Of a stretch of DNA of 64,000 nt, positions 48,195 to 57,670 are shown piece by piece (within the stretch, counting starts at the first letter, position 1; the number at the start of each line of letters is the position of its first letter). A program made the position numbers and the translations under genes. The notes beneath the pieces are model-generated. The model was not told the DNA's origin and did not search any database. It saw nothing but the letters and a program-made list of their open reading frames with translations. The stretch is from a bacterium (GTDB lineage Bacteria; Patescibacteriota; Minisyncoccia; Phycocordibacterales; UBA2100), in NCBI GenBank assembly GCA_030674455.1, contig JAUSGQ010000029.1, forward strand, positions 6,625-70,624, read 5' to 3'.

Positions 48195-49907
48195 ATGTAT
48201 CGAGTTTACATTTCGAGTTTAATCGCCGCGTTGGGCATCATAAGCCCCGCAATCGCCCTTTCGCAGAGCTATTCATATCCCTACATGACGGCAACCGGCT
48301 GTGTCAGCCTTTCGCGCGATTTAACCGTCGGGTCGCGAAGCTCCGATGTGACATCTCTCCAGAATTTCCTTCTCACGCAGAATTATCCCGGCTCCGGTGC
48401 CTGGATGGTGACCGGTTATTTCGGTTCCGCGACACGTCAGGCAGTTCTCAACTTCCAATCGCAGAGAGGCCTTGCCGGAACCGGCATTGCTGATGCGCAG
48501 ACGCGCGCCGCAATCTCGGTTTCCACGTGCAGCGGCAACTACGGTTCATACGTTTACAATTCGGCATACTATGCTCCGGTACCGACTGTCGCACCAACAT
48601 ACACATACCCGAACACCACGAATGTTCTCATCAATTTGCTCTCGGTAACGTCAGGCCCGGTAGGAACATCAGTGACGATTTACGGAAACGGTTTTGATGC
48701 CGCCTACAATAATGTGTACTTCGGCAACACTCCCGTCTCCGGCAACATCGCTTCCAACGGAAGCTCGCTCACGTTTACCGTACCAACATCGTTCACTTCA
48801 AATTGCACCGGATACGGATGCACTATCTACAACAGGTACACAAATCCGGGCGTTTACCAGATTTACGTAACCAACACCAGAGGAACGAGCAACAGCCTTC
48901 CGTTCACTGTTACGGCCGGTGGAGTTGCCGGATGCCCGTGGTATATAAACTTTGGAAATTGCGGAAGCTGGAATGGCGGTGCCTATTGGAACGCGAACGT
49001 AAACAGCTTGTATCCGACATCGGGCGGAGTCGGCACGTCTGTTACGGTTTTCGGCTCAGGATTTTCGCAGAGAGGCAACTCCGTGCATTTTGGTCCGGGC
49101 GTGATAACGAACCTGACATCTTCGGATGGCACATCGCTTTCATTCACCGTTCCATCCCAGTTCACGGGCTACGGCTCTCAATCCATGGCGGTAGGAACGT
49201 ATAACGTTTCCGTCACTAACGACAGAGGGTCAACAAGCAACTCGCTTCCTTTCACAGTTACTTCTATAGAACAAAACACGCTTCCCCCGACGATTACCAG
49301 CGTAAACGGGCCCACGCGGATTGCAGCCGGTGCGGCGGGAGTATGGAGCATTACGCTCAGCAGCTATGGAGCATCTAACATAACTACATCTGTGAGATGG
49401 GGCGATGAAGGTACCTATGGTATACCGGTAGCCGCAACTTCTCAAACAGTTACATCCGCAACATCGCAGACTCTCACGTTTACTCACACGTATCAGACAG
49501 GAGGTGTCTACATGGCAGTGTTCACCGTTACAGACAACGCGGGCAGACAAAACACCGCGTCTGCGACAGTGATCGTTACTCCTTACGGCTCATCCCAGCT
49601 CGCGCTTTCGAATGTCACACCTGCGACCGGCAGAGTTGGTACACTCGTAACGATTACGGGAACAGGTTTTACGCTTTCGGGTAACACCGTGCATTTTGGA
49701 ACAGGGGGCGCTTCAAATCTGACATCTTCAAACAACGGAACGACGCTCTACTTTACGATTCCGGCGTACCTTTCTCCTTGCGATGTAGTGGCACAAGGAA
49801 ATATGTGCCCTCAATATATCCAGCAGGTAACGCCCGGCTCATATCCGATATACGTGAGCAACGCCGCAGGACAGACAGGAACCCTCTACTTTACGGTTAC
49901 TCAATAA
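48195..49907 (+). CDS. Secreted protein with peptidoglycan-binding-like domain and multiple IPT/TIG-like Ig-fold repeats
   Basis: Signal peptide. 'SDVTSLQNFLLTQNY...GYFGSATRQAVLNFQSQRGLAGTGIADAQTRAAI' (PG_binding_1-like). Repeated 'TSGPVGTSVTIYGNGF...' units. Confidence 0.65.
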   Translation: MYRVYISSLIAALGIISPAIALSQSYSYPYMTATGCVSLSRDLTVGSRSSDVTSLQNFLLTQNYPGSGAWMVTGYFGSATRQAVLNFQSQRGLAGTGIADAQTRAAISVSTCSGNYGSYVYNSAYYAPVPTVAPTYTYPNTTNVLINLLSVTSGPVGTSVTIYGNGFDAAYNNVYFGNTPVSGNIASNGSSLTFTVPTSFTSNCTGYGCTIYNRYTNPGVYQIYVTNTRGTSNSLPFTVTAGGVAGCPWYINFGNCGSWNGGAYWNANVNSLYPTSGGVGTSVTVFGSGFSQRGNSVHFGPGVITNLTSSDGTSLSFTVPSQFTGYGSQSMAVGTYNVSVTNDRGSTSNSLPFTVTSIEQNTLPPTITSVNGPTRIAAGAAGVWSITLSSYGASNITTSVRWGDEGTYGIPVAATSQTVTSATSQTLTFTHTYQTGGVYMAVFTVTDNAGRQNTASATVIVTPYGSSQLALSNVTPATGRVGTLVTITGTGFTLSGNTVHFGTGGASNLTSSNNGTTLYFTIPAYLSPCDVVAQGNMCPQYIQQVTPGSYPIYVSNAAGQTGTLYFTVTQ

Positions 49908-49918
49908 TTGAATAGATA

Positions 49919-49956
49919 GAAAAGCGCGCAAAGTGCCAATGCACTTTGCGCGCTTT
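49919..49956 (+). terminator. Rho-independent terminator (aaaagcgcgcaaagtgc-caat-gcactttgcgcgctttt)
   Basis: Seen in sequence. Confidence 0.8.
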
Positions 49957-49972
49957 TGGCGTTTGCCATGTC

Positions 49973-50050
49973 GAAGCAATTCAGGGTATACGTGCCAGAA
50001 CTCCTGGATTGCTTCCCGCCACGCTATGCTCGCGGTCGCAATGACTGGGT
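49973..50050 (+). ncRNA. Repeated structured intergenic element; copy 2 of 2
   Basis: Matches the 16497-16572 core. Confidence 0.35.
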
Positions 50051-50097
50051 GATAGACGCAAAAAAACCTGAAGTTGAAATATGCTAATATCAAAATA

Positions 50098-51387
50098 ATG
50101 CCTCACAAGAAAATCATCCATTCCGTCACTCATAAGACATTCGCCTCTCTAAAAATCCGGAATTACCGGCTGTATTTTTTAGGCCAGGTTATCTCCGTCG
50201 CGGGAACGTGGATGCAAACGGTCGCCTTGGGATGGCTGGTGCTGCAGCTCACTGGCTCGGGCGCACAACTGGGAGCAGTAGTTGCTACGGCCTTCATTCC
50301 GCTGCTTATTTTTGGGCCTTTGGGAGGAGTTATCGCAGACCGTTTTGAAAAGCACAAAATGCTCATTTTCACGCAGTCGGCGCTAGCAACGCTCGCGCTC
50401 TCACTTAGTATTTTGGTGTATTCGGGCCTAACGCAGGTTTGGATGCTGTACATTTTTGCGTTTTTGTACGGATTGGTGCGTTCTGTAGACGAACCGACCG
50501 GGCAATCTTTCGTTTTGGAAATGGTCGATGAGAGCCATATGAAAAATGCAGTCAGCCTTAATTCAATGAGAGGCAATCTTGCGCGCGCCGTGGGCCCGAT
50601 GATCGCGGGATTTCTCATTGCGGGAGTCGGCATCGCGTTCTGTTTTCTTTTTAACGCGCTCTCGTATATCGCAGTTATCTGGATGCTTCTTATTATGGAT
50701 AAGAGCGAACTTAGACGGCACAAGGTAATAGCGAATCGCTCGCAAACTGTACGCGACGGAATTCGTTTTATCCTCGCGAATCCGCTCATCAAGAACACAC
50801 TCATCATGATGGCGATTATCGGAACGCTTTCCTATGAGTGGCAGGTAAGCCTTCCGCTCCTAGCACAGCGCACGTTCAATGGCGATGCGGCCAGTTACGC
50901 GGCTCTCATGTCTTCTTTCGGAGTAGGAGCCGTCATCGGAGGGCTCTATGCCGCGAGCCGCCACAAACTTTCCACCCGCAATCTGATAATGTTTGTTTTT
51001 CTTTTCGGGATGAGCATTATCGCTGCGGCCATGATGCCGACTATCCAACTGACAATGTTAGGAATGGTATTCGTCGGATTCTTTTCGATTAACCTTACAT
51101 CAATAGCTAACACAATGGTGCAATTGGAAAGCACCCCGGAAATGCGCGGACGGGTCATGTCTTTCTGGACTGTCGCCATGATGGGCTCGACTGCGATCGG
51201 CGGCCCTATCATCGGGCTCATCGGTGAACATATCGGCGCGCGCTGGGGGCTTCTTACCGGAGGTTTGGCCGCGCTTGTGGCAGTTGGAATCGCCGCGTAC
51301 CCGCTTCTCAAAACGAACATGGTCAAAGTGATTCCGGAAACCGCGGAGATTGAAGAGGAAACTCCGAGAGCAGAAGTCAACGGTTGA
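50098..51387 (+). CDS. MFS transporter
   Basis: 12-TM profile. 'FLGQVISVAGTWMQTVALGWLVL' MFS_3-like N-terminus. Confidence 0.8.
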   Translation: MPHKKIIHSVTHKTFASLKIRNYRLYFLGQVISVAGTWMQTVALGWLVLQLTGSGAQLGAVVATAFIPLLIFGPLGGVIADRFEKHKMLIFTQSALATLALSLSILVYSGLTQVWMLYIFAFLYGLVRSVDEPTGQSFVLEMVDESHMKNAVSLNSMRGNLARAVGPMIAGFLIAGVGIAFCFLFNALSYIAVIWMLLIMDKSELRRHKVIANRSQTVRDGIRFILANPLIKNTLIMMAIIGTLSYEWQVSLPLLAQRTFNGDAASYAALMSSFGVGAVIGGLYAASRHKLSTRNLIMFVFLFGMSIIAAAMMPTIQLTMLGMVFVGFFSINLTSIANTMVQLESTPEMRGRVMSFWTVAMMGSTAIGGPIIGLIGEHIGARWGLLTGGLAALVAVGIAAYPLLKTNMVKVIPETAEIEEETPRAEVNG

Positions 51388-51409
51388 AACACTTCCGTTC
51401 TCTTGTCCG

Positions 51410-51589
51410 CTACAAATCCTTGCGCTCTCGCTCCTTTCTGACATTCTCTTCCTCGTCTCTTTTCTTTCTGTAAGTGCCGACTTCGTCAGACGGCTCCTGC
51501 TTTCGCGCGTGATAAATTTTCGCAGTTCCTGAATGTTTCTTTTGCTCTAGCTGATCCTTTAGCCACTCTTTATGTTCTCTGTCGGCCAT
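51410..51589 (-). CDS. Possible small basic protein (59 aa, MADREHKEWLKDQLEQKKHSGTAKIYHARKQEPSDEVGTYRKKRDEEENVRKERERKDL)
   Basis: Hand-translated intergenic ORF; speculative. Confidence 0.2.
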   Translation of the reverse strand: MADREHKEWLKDQLEQKKHSGTAKIYHARKQEPSDEVGTYRKKRDEEENVRKERERKDL

Positions 51590-51740
51590 GCGGCAATTGT
51601 ATCCCGAAAAGGGAAATCACAGCAATCTTTATTCCACAACGGTATGAAGATTTTGACAACTAGCCAAGAAATGTGTACAATCAATCCTTTTGAAAAGGGA
51701 GGGCATATAACACAAGAGCAGTCTGTAGGATTTCACATAT

Positions 51741-52769
51741 ATGGAAAACAAATTACGTGTCGGCGTTGTGGGAGCTACCGGATTCACCGGCGAGGAGCTG
51801 GTGAAGATTCTTTCGCGCCATCCGAATGTTGAAGTCACCTATGTTTCCGGAAAAGAAGACCGCAGTGAAAGAATCCAGGACATTTTCCCATATCTCAAGA
51901 ATTCGGTTGATTTGAAGTGCGATGCGTTTTCCGCAGATGAGGCCATAGAGAAAACGGACCTGGTTTTTCTTTCATTGCCTCACACGCTCTCGATGCAAAG
52001 CGCGCCGTTATTCCTCCAGGCGGGAAAGAAGGTGATAGATATCAGCGCGGATTATCGTTTGCAGGATACGAAGGTCTACGAGAAGTTCTATAAGACGGCT
52101 CATCTGGATGCAGCAAATTTGAAAGCAGCTGTTTACGGCCTGCCGGAATTGAATCGCGAACAAATCAAATCTGCAAAACTTATCGCAAATCCGGGCTGCT
52201 ATCCGACGGGCTCAATACTGGGCATCGCCCCCGGGCTCGCGAGCGGAGTCTTCGACGAAAGCTCAATCCAAATTGATGCAAAAAGCGGGGTAACGGGAGC
52301 CGGAAGAAAAGCCGACAAAGCTCTCCATTTCTCTGAAGTGAATGAATCAGTCAAGGCGTACAGACTTTTTGAACACCAGCATGTTCCGGAAATTGACCAG
52401 GCGCTTTCGGGTGTTTCCAAAAAAGAGGTGAGTGTCGTTTTTGTGCCGCATTTAATCCCTATAAACAGGGGTATCTTGAGTACTATCTATGTGAAGCTCG
52501 CGAAGAAAATGAATACGGAGGAATTGCTCGCGGTCTACAAGAAATTCTATAAAAACGAACCATTTGTGAAAGTCTATGACGCCGGGCGCCTGCCGGAAAT
52601 AAAATATGTCGTAAACACCAATTTCTGCGATATCGGACTGAAGGTCAACGAGTCAAAAAATCTCGCGGTCATAGTGACGGCAATTGATAATTTGCAGAAA
52701 GGCGCGGCGGGTCAGGCGGTTCAGAACATGAACATTATGTGCGGGTTTGAAGAAACAGCCGGCTTATGA
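51741..52769 (+). CDS. argC: N-acetyl-gamma-glutamyl-phosphate reductase
   Basis: 'LRVGVVGATGFTGEEL', 'NPGCYPT' ArgC motifs. A promoter-like ttgaca...tgtgtacaat lies upstream (about 51654-51690). Confidence 0.9.
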   Translation: MENKLRVGVVGATGFTGEELVKILSRHPNVEVTYVSGKEDRSERIQDIFPYLKNSVDLKCDAFSADEAIEKTDLVFLSLPHTLSMQSAPLFLQAGKKVIDISADYRLQDTKVYEKFYKTAHLDAANLKAAVYGLPELNREQIKSAKLIANPGCYPTGSILGIAPGLASGVFDESSIQIDAKSGVTGAGRKADKALHFSEVNESVKAYRLFEHQHVPEIDQALSGVSKKEVSVVFVPHLIPINRGILSTIYVKLAKKMNTEELLAVYKKFYKNEPFVKVYDAGRLPEIKYVVNTNFCDIGLKVNESKNLAVIVTAIDNLQKGAAGQAVQNMNIMCGFEETAGL

Positions 52770-52774
52770 ACATG

Positions 52775-52875
52775 TCCGAATCTACGAATTATCCGAATGC
52801 TACGAATGGCTACAAATGTGGGAATTTATTATTTGTAGTTATTTGTAGATTGGAATCCATTTGTAGATTGGTACA
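52775..52875. repeat. Intergenic repeat element (cgaatgctacgaatggctacaaatgt ... attatttgtagattggaat), copy 1, upstream of argJ
   Basis: Shared with 54980-55110. Confidence 0.75.
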
Positions 52876-52881
52876 CCCTGT

Positions 52882-54099
52882 ATGAAAATTATCTCCGGAG
52901 GTGTTACTGCCCCAAAAGGCTTTAAAGCGAACGGTCTATACTGCGGAATTAAGAAATCAAAAAACAACGACCTCGCTCTTATATATTCGGAAGTGCCGTG
53001 CGCGGCCGCGGGTGTTTTTACAGCCAATAAGGTGCACGCTTCCTGCGTGGAAATAAACCAGGAACATCTCAAGGACGGGAAGGCGCAAGCCATAATCGCG
53101 AATTCCGGGAACGCTAATTGCATGACTGGTAAGAGTGGTTTCGAGAATTCGCGCAGAATGGCATCCGTTGCGGCTCGTGCATTAGGCCTGAAAGATTCGG
53201 ATGTTTGCGTCGCCTCGACCGGCGTAATTGGCCATTCATTGCCCATAGAAAAAATCTCTGATGCCGTGCCGGCGCTCGCAAAGGGTTTAAGCTCGGGCGG
53301 CAGTAAAAATGCGGCGCGCGGAATTATGACAACCGACACCACGATGAAAGAGGTCGCAGTTGAGTTTATGATAGGCACAAGCCGTGTGCGCATGGGAGCG
53401 ATTGCAAAAGGCGCCGGCATGATTCATCCGCAGATGGAGCTTTCTAAACACGCGACGATGCTTTGCTTTGTTACTACTGATGCCGCGATTGCGCCGAAAG
53501 CACTTCGCGAATCGCTGGATGCGGCTACTCAAAAATCATTCAACATGATTACGATAGACGGCGACATGTCCACGAATGACATGGTGCTCGTGCTTGGAAA
53601 CGGTAAGGCACAGAACAAAACCATTGCTCCAAATTCAAAAGAGGCCGGCGTTTTTGCCGAGGCGCTTGAATCTATTTTGCTCAGGCTTGCGCAGATGATG
53701 GTGCGCGACGCGGAGGGTGCGACGAAATTCGTTACGGTTAGAGTCAACAATGCGAAGAGTTCCGAGGATGCCCGCATAGCCGCGCGCGCTGTCGCTTCTT
53801 CTACGCTCGTCAAATGCGCGCTTTTCGGCTCCGACCCGAATTGGGGAAGAATTGCCGCGGCCGTTGGCCATTCAGGCGCCTCTGTGGATCCGTGGAAAAT
53901 AAAAATATTTCTCGGAAAATTCCTGGTGTCGAAAGATGGAGGCGCCGTTGTGAACAAGCCGGGCGTTCTTGACCGCGAGTTGAAGAAAAAAGATATAGCG
54001 ATTACGCTTGACCTTGGTCTCGGGAGCCATTCTGCGACGGCCTACACATGTGACCTGTCCACAAATTACGTTAAACTTAATTCCGCGTACCATACGTAA
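52882..54099 (+). CDS. argJ: Bifunctional glutamate N-acetyltransferase / amino-acid acetyltransferase
   Basis: 'ATTGVIGHSLP', 'MITTDTT', 'TIDGDMSTNDMVLVL' ArgJ motifs. Confidence 0.9.
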   Translation: MKIISGGVTAPKGFKANGLYCGIKKSKNNDLALIYSEVPCAAAGVFTANKVHASCVEINQEHLKDGKAQAIIANSGNANCMTGKSGFENSRRMASVAARALGLKDSDVCVASTGVIGHSLPIEKISDAVPALAKGLSSGGSKNAARGIMTTDTTMKEVAVEFMIGTSRVRMGAIAKGAGMIHPQMELSKHATMLCFVTTDAAIAPKALRESLDAATQKSFNMITIDGDMSTNDMVLVLGNGKAQNKTIAPNSKEAGVFAEALESILLRLAQMMVRDAEGATKFVTVRVNNAKSSEDARIAARAVASSTLVKCALFGSDPNWGRIAAAVGHSGASVDPWKIKIFLGKFLVSKDGGAVVNKPGVLDRELKKKDIAITLDLGLGSHSATAYTCDLSTNYVKLNSAYHT

Positions 54100-54103
54100 T
54101 TCT

Positions 54104-54979
54104 ATGCCTTCCGACAAATCAATAATACGCAAAGCAGATGTCCTCATTGAGGCGCTTCCGTACATACAGAATTTTTACGGAAAGACCATCGTCATTAAAT
54201 ACGGCGGCGCGGCGATGACCGATAAAAGTTTGCGCAAGGAAGTTCTTCGCGACATCGTTTTTATGAACTACGTCGGCATGCGCCCGATACTCATTCACGG
54301 CGGTGGGCCGATGGCGACGGCTCGGCTTAAAGAACTCGGGCGCGAGGTGAGGTTCGTAAATGGCTATCGCGTTACCGACAAAGAATCCATGGCCATTATT
54401 GAGGAGGAGTTCATGAAAATAAATACGGAAATCGTGCAGGAGCTGACAGCGCTCGGCTCGGCGGCAATTTCGCTATCCGGCAAAGAAGACCGCTTCATCC
54501 AGGTCGTGAAGCACGCGCCTATTGACGGCCAGGACATCGGATTTGTCGGTGAGATAAAGAACATCAACAGCGACGTGCTTCAGAAAATCATCGCAAGCGA
54601 TATTATCCCGGTCATTCCTCCCATCGGCATCGGAATTAAGGATGATCTGCCGTACAACATCAATGCCGATCAGGTCGCAGCCGAGATTGCGAGAAGTGTG
54701 CGCGCGCTCAAACTCGTCGTGCTCACGAATGTGAGCGGTATTTTGACCGACATTAAAAACCCGTCCTCGCTCCTCTCGCACGTAAATGCCGAAGAGGCAA
54801 AGCAGATGATTGATTCCGGCGTTATCTCAGCTGGTATGATACCGAAAGTAAATTCGTGCCTTCGCGCTTTGGACAGGGGAGTCAGGAAGGCCCACATTAT
54901 TGACGTACAGGTACCGCACGGGATACTCATGGAAATCTTTACGGATAAAGGTATCGGAACGGAGATAGTTAAAAAATGA
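54104..54979 (+). CDS. argB: Acetylglutamate kinase
   Basis: 'IVIKYGGAAM', 'ILIHGGGP'. Start taken at MPSDKS, 4 nt after the argJ stop. Confidence 0.85.
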   Translation: MPSDKSIIRKADVLIEALPYIQNFYGKTIVIKYGGAAMTDKSLRKEVLRDIVFMNYVGMRPILIHGGGPMATARLKELGREVRFVNGYRVTDKESMAIIEEEFMKINTEIVQELTALGSAAISLSGKEDRFIQVVKHAPIDGQDIGFVGEIKNINSDVLQKIIASDIIPVIPPIGIGIKDDLPYNINADQVAAEIARSVRALKLVVLTNVSGILTDIKNPSSLLSHVNAEEAKQMIDSGVISAGMIPKVNSCLRALDRGVRKAHIIDVQVPHGILMEIFTDKGIGTEIVKK

Positions 54980-55110
54980 TACCAATCTACAAATGTATTC
55001 CAATCTACGAATGCCAATCTACAAATGATACGAATGCTACGAATGGCTACAAATGTTAGTATTTCACATTTGTAATTATTTGTAGATTGGAATATATTCG
55101 CAGATTGGAA
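54980..55110. repeat. Intergenic repeat element, copy 2 (three ccaatctacaaatg units, then an inverted atttgtagattgg), upstream of argD
   Basis: Seen in sequence. Confidence 0.75.
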
Positions 55111-55122
55111 CATGTTTAAATT

Positions 55123-56298
55123 ATGAAATCAAAAGACATCATTGGTTTGTACAAAGATTACGTGATGCCCACGTATTTCACGACTCCGCTTGCCATCGTG
55201 CGCGGAAAGGGTACCTACGTTTGGGATGCCGAGGGAAATAAGTATCTCGATTTTTTCCCCGGATGGGCGGTGAGCGGTATCGGCCATTGCCATCCTGAAG
55301 TGGTGAAAGCAATAAAATATCAGGCGGGTAAACTCATTCACGTCTCAAATAATTACTTTAGCGAGCAGCAGGGGACGCTTGCAAAAGAAATCGTCTCCAA
55401 TGCTTTTCCCGGAAAAGTCTTTTTCTGCAATTCCGGAGCGGAGGCAAACGAAGTAGCGATCAAGCTCGCCAGAAAATACGGCAATCCGGAGCGCAATGAA
55501 GTCATTACAATGGAGCGCTCATTCCACGGGCGCACGATTGCGACAGTTACAGCGACAGGACAAAAGAAATTCCAAAAAGGGTTCGAGCCGCTTCCCGCAG
55601 GGTTTGCGACAGTACCCTTTAATGATTTTGCCGCTCTCGAGCGTGCTATAACTGCAAAAACTGCTGCAATTATGTTGGAGCCGGTACAGGGCGAAGGAGG
55701 CGTTAATGTTGCCGACGTGCAATATCTGACAGCGGTACGTAAGATTTGCACCGAGAAGAATATTCTCCTTATCTTCGATGAGGTCCAATCTGGAATGGGC
55801 CGCACTGGCAAGATGTTTGCGTATCAGAATCTCGCAATTGTTCCCGACATACTGACGCTGGCAAAATCTTTGGGAGGCGGTTTCCCAATTGGCGCCACCT
55901 TGGCTAAAGCCAGCATCGCGGATACGCTTGGTCCTGGTACGCACGGAACCACATTCGGCGGAAGCCCGTTGGCATGCGCAGCCGGGCTCGCGGTATTTAA
56001 GGCGATTAAGAAAGAAAAACTTCTGAAGAATGCGGTTGTCTTGGGTGCGTATTTGCAAAAGAAACTCAATGAACTGAAAAAGAAACACAGCGTAATTCGC
56101 GAAGTCCGCGGCGTCGGACTCATGTTGGGAGTGGAACTTACTACGGAAGGCAAAAAAATCTACGAAGAGTGCCTGAAAAAAGGGCTGCTCATCAACTGCA
56201 CACAGGAAAACGTGTTGCGCATCATGCCTCCAATAACGGTAACGAAAAGCGAGATTGATAAAGCGATTTCCATTTTGGATAAGGTACTCGACGCATAG
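55123..56298 (+). CDS. argD: Acetylornithine aminotransferase
   Basis: Class-III aminotransferase motifs 'LLIFDEVQSGMGRTGK', 'DILTLAKSLGGG'. Confidence 0.9.
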   Translation: MKSKDIIGLYKDYVMPTYFTTPLAIVRGKGTYVWDAEGNKYLDFFPGWAVSGIGHCHPEVVKAIKYQAGKLIHVSNNYFSEQQGTLAKEIVSNAFPGKVFFCNSGAEANEVAIKLARKYGNPERNEVITMERSFHGRTIATVTATGQKKFQKGFEPLPAGFATVPFNDFAALERAITAKTAAIMLEPVQGEGGVNVADVQYLTAVRKICTEKNILLIFDEVQSGMGRTGKMFAYQNLAIVPDILTLAKSLGGGFPIGATLAKASIADTLGPGTHGTTFGGSPLACAAGLAVFKAIKKEKLLKNAVVLGAYLQKKLNELKKKHSVIREVRGVGLMLGVELTTEGKKIYEECLKKGLLINCTQENVLRIMPPITVTKSEIDKAISILDKVLDA

Positions 56299-56350
56299 AT
56301 AGGGAAATAGATGAAATTGAGGATGATTGAGATACTTCCCGTTTGAGTTG

Positions 56351-56386
56351 TTCTATTCCAGTGTTTTGCAAAACACTGGAATAGAA
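56351..56386. promoter_or_regulatory. 36-nt perfect palindrome ttctattccagtgttttgcaaaacactggaatagaa, 6 nt upstream of the ArsR-type regulator gene
   Basis: Perfect dyad. Further copies at 56646-56675 and 57479-57530. Confidence 0.6.
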
Positions 56387-56391
56387 CTAGA

Positions 56392-56676
56392 ATGTTAAGA
56401 ATGGCAAATCGCAGTTACCGCACCATAGAACGCATCGTGAAGGGTTACGCCAACCACCGGCGGTTAGAGATATTAGATTTATTGCGCAAGGAACCGGAGC
56501 TTTCTGTGGAGGACATCTCTGAAAAACTGAAGATCGGGTATCAGAATGCTTCCGACCATATTCGCAAGCTTTCAATCGCGGGCCTTGTGGCCAAGCGGAA
56601 CGAGGGTCCAAGCGTTCGACACAAGCTTACGCCTCGGGCAGAGTCTATTCTAGTGTTTTGCAAAACACTGGAATAA
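56392..56676 (+). CDS. ArsR-family HTH transcriptional regulator (94 aa). Its last ~10 codons are encoded by a copy of the palindrome
   Basis: 'HRRLEILDLLRKEPELSVEDISEKLKIGYQNASDHIRKLSIAGLV'. Confidence 0.7.
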   Translation: MLRMANRSYRTIERIVKGYANHRRLEILDLLRKEPELSVEDISEKLKIGYQNASDHIRKLSIAGLVAKRNEGPSVRHKLTPRAESILVFCKTLE

Positions 56677-56717
56677 GAAGAGCGGCGGATGAGATTGTGA
56701 TATTTGCTTCATGTGCT

Positions 56718-57467
56718 ATGGAAACTTCAATCCGGCCAAAATACGATTTGGACAAAATAAAGTTTTCCACCGGTTCGCCGACATGGGAACGCGCGGTTGA
56801 ATTGTTCGAGAAGGGAAAGGTAACGAAATTTCAGGACAATGAAGGCTCATATTCGGCAACTGTCATTGGCACAAAACCGTATGAAGTTTGGGTATCTGCG
56901 GAGAAATTCGACGTAGGAGACTGCAATTGCTATCTCGGGCAGAAGGATGAATTATGCAAACATCTTGTTGCACTTGCGATACGGGTTGTAACTGGTGGCA
57001 ACTCGCTTTCTGAGAAACAAAAAAAGATGGTCGCTGTGCCTATTTGTAGTGGCAGGGAGGGAGAACTGGATAAGGAGAAGTTACAATCTGTGCAGACCGC
57101 AATTTCCGTGGCAATGAAATGTATCAAGGCCTATAACGGACCATCACGCACGTGGTTTATATATCAGGCTTCGCTCGCGGAAGGATGCACTCGCCTTGCC
57201 GCCACTTTTTCCGAATTACCCGTGAGCGAGCAAACTGCACAAATCGTCTTAAAGACACTTTTGCGTCTTGATGAAAAGCTTTGCCGAGGCGGAGTGGATG
57301 ATTCCGATGGCGCTGTCGGCGGTTTCATAGAGGACGCGGTCAGTATGCTCCTAGAGTATGTGAAATTAGAGCCATCATGCATAGGCGCATTTGAAATACT
57401 CAAAGGTCAATCGACGTGTTTCGAGTGGGAAGAGCCGCTCTTGAAAATCTCCAAAAGAGAAGGGTAG
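56718..57467 (+). CDS. SWIM zinc-finger domain protein
   Basis: 'DCNCYLGQKDELCKHLVA' = C-x-C-x9-C-x-H SWIM signature. Start taken at METSIRP. Confidence 0.6.
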   Translation: METSIRPKYDLDKIKFSTGSPTWERAVELFEKGKVTKFQDNEGSYSATVIGTKPYEVWVSAEKFDVGDCNCYLGQKDELCKHLVALAIRVVTGGNSLSEKQKKMVAVPICSGREGELDKEKLQSVQTAISVAMKCIKAYNGPSRTWFIYQASLAEGCTRLAATFSELPVSEQTAQIVLKTLLRLDEKLCRGGVDDSDGAVGGFIEDAVSMLLEYVKLEPSCIGAFEILKGQSTCFEWEEPLLKISKREG

Positions 57468-57478
57468 CTTACGACTTC

Positions 57479-57530
57479 TCTATTCCAGTGTTTTGCCCAC
57501 CAGAGGTCGGCAGGCAAAACACTGGAATAG
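57479..57530. repeat. Third copy of the ccagtgttttgc...gcaaaacactgg palindrome, with an 18-nt insertion in the loop
   Basis: Seen in sequence. Confidence 0.85.
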
Positions 57531-57670
57531 GGGAAATGGGAGAAAGGAATAACGGGTTTCGTAAAGATGCTCCCTGTTTGTCCACGCATTGCGTGGCTAC
57601 AAACAGCAGGTCTATCGGTTCATGATAGACACCTGTAGACGGCCCGCAGGGCATGTACTGCGGGTAAGAT

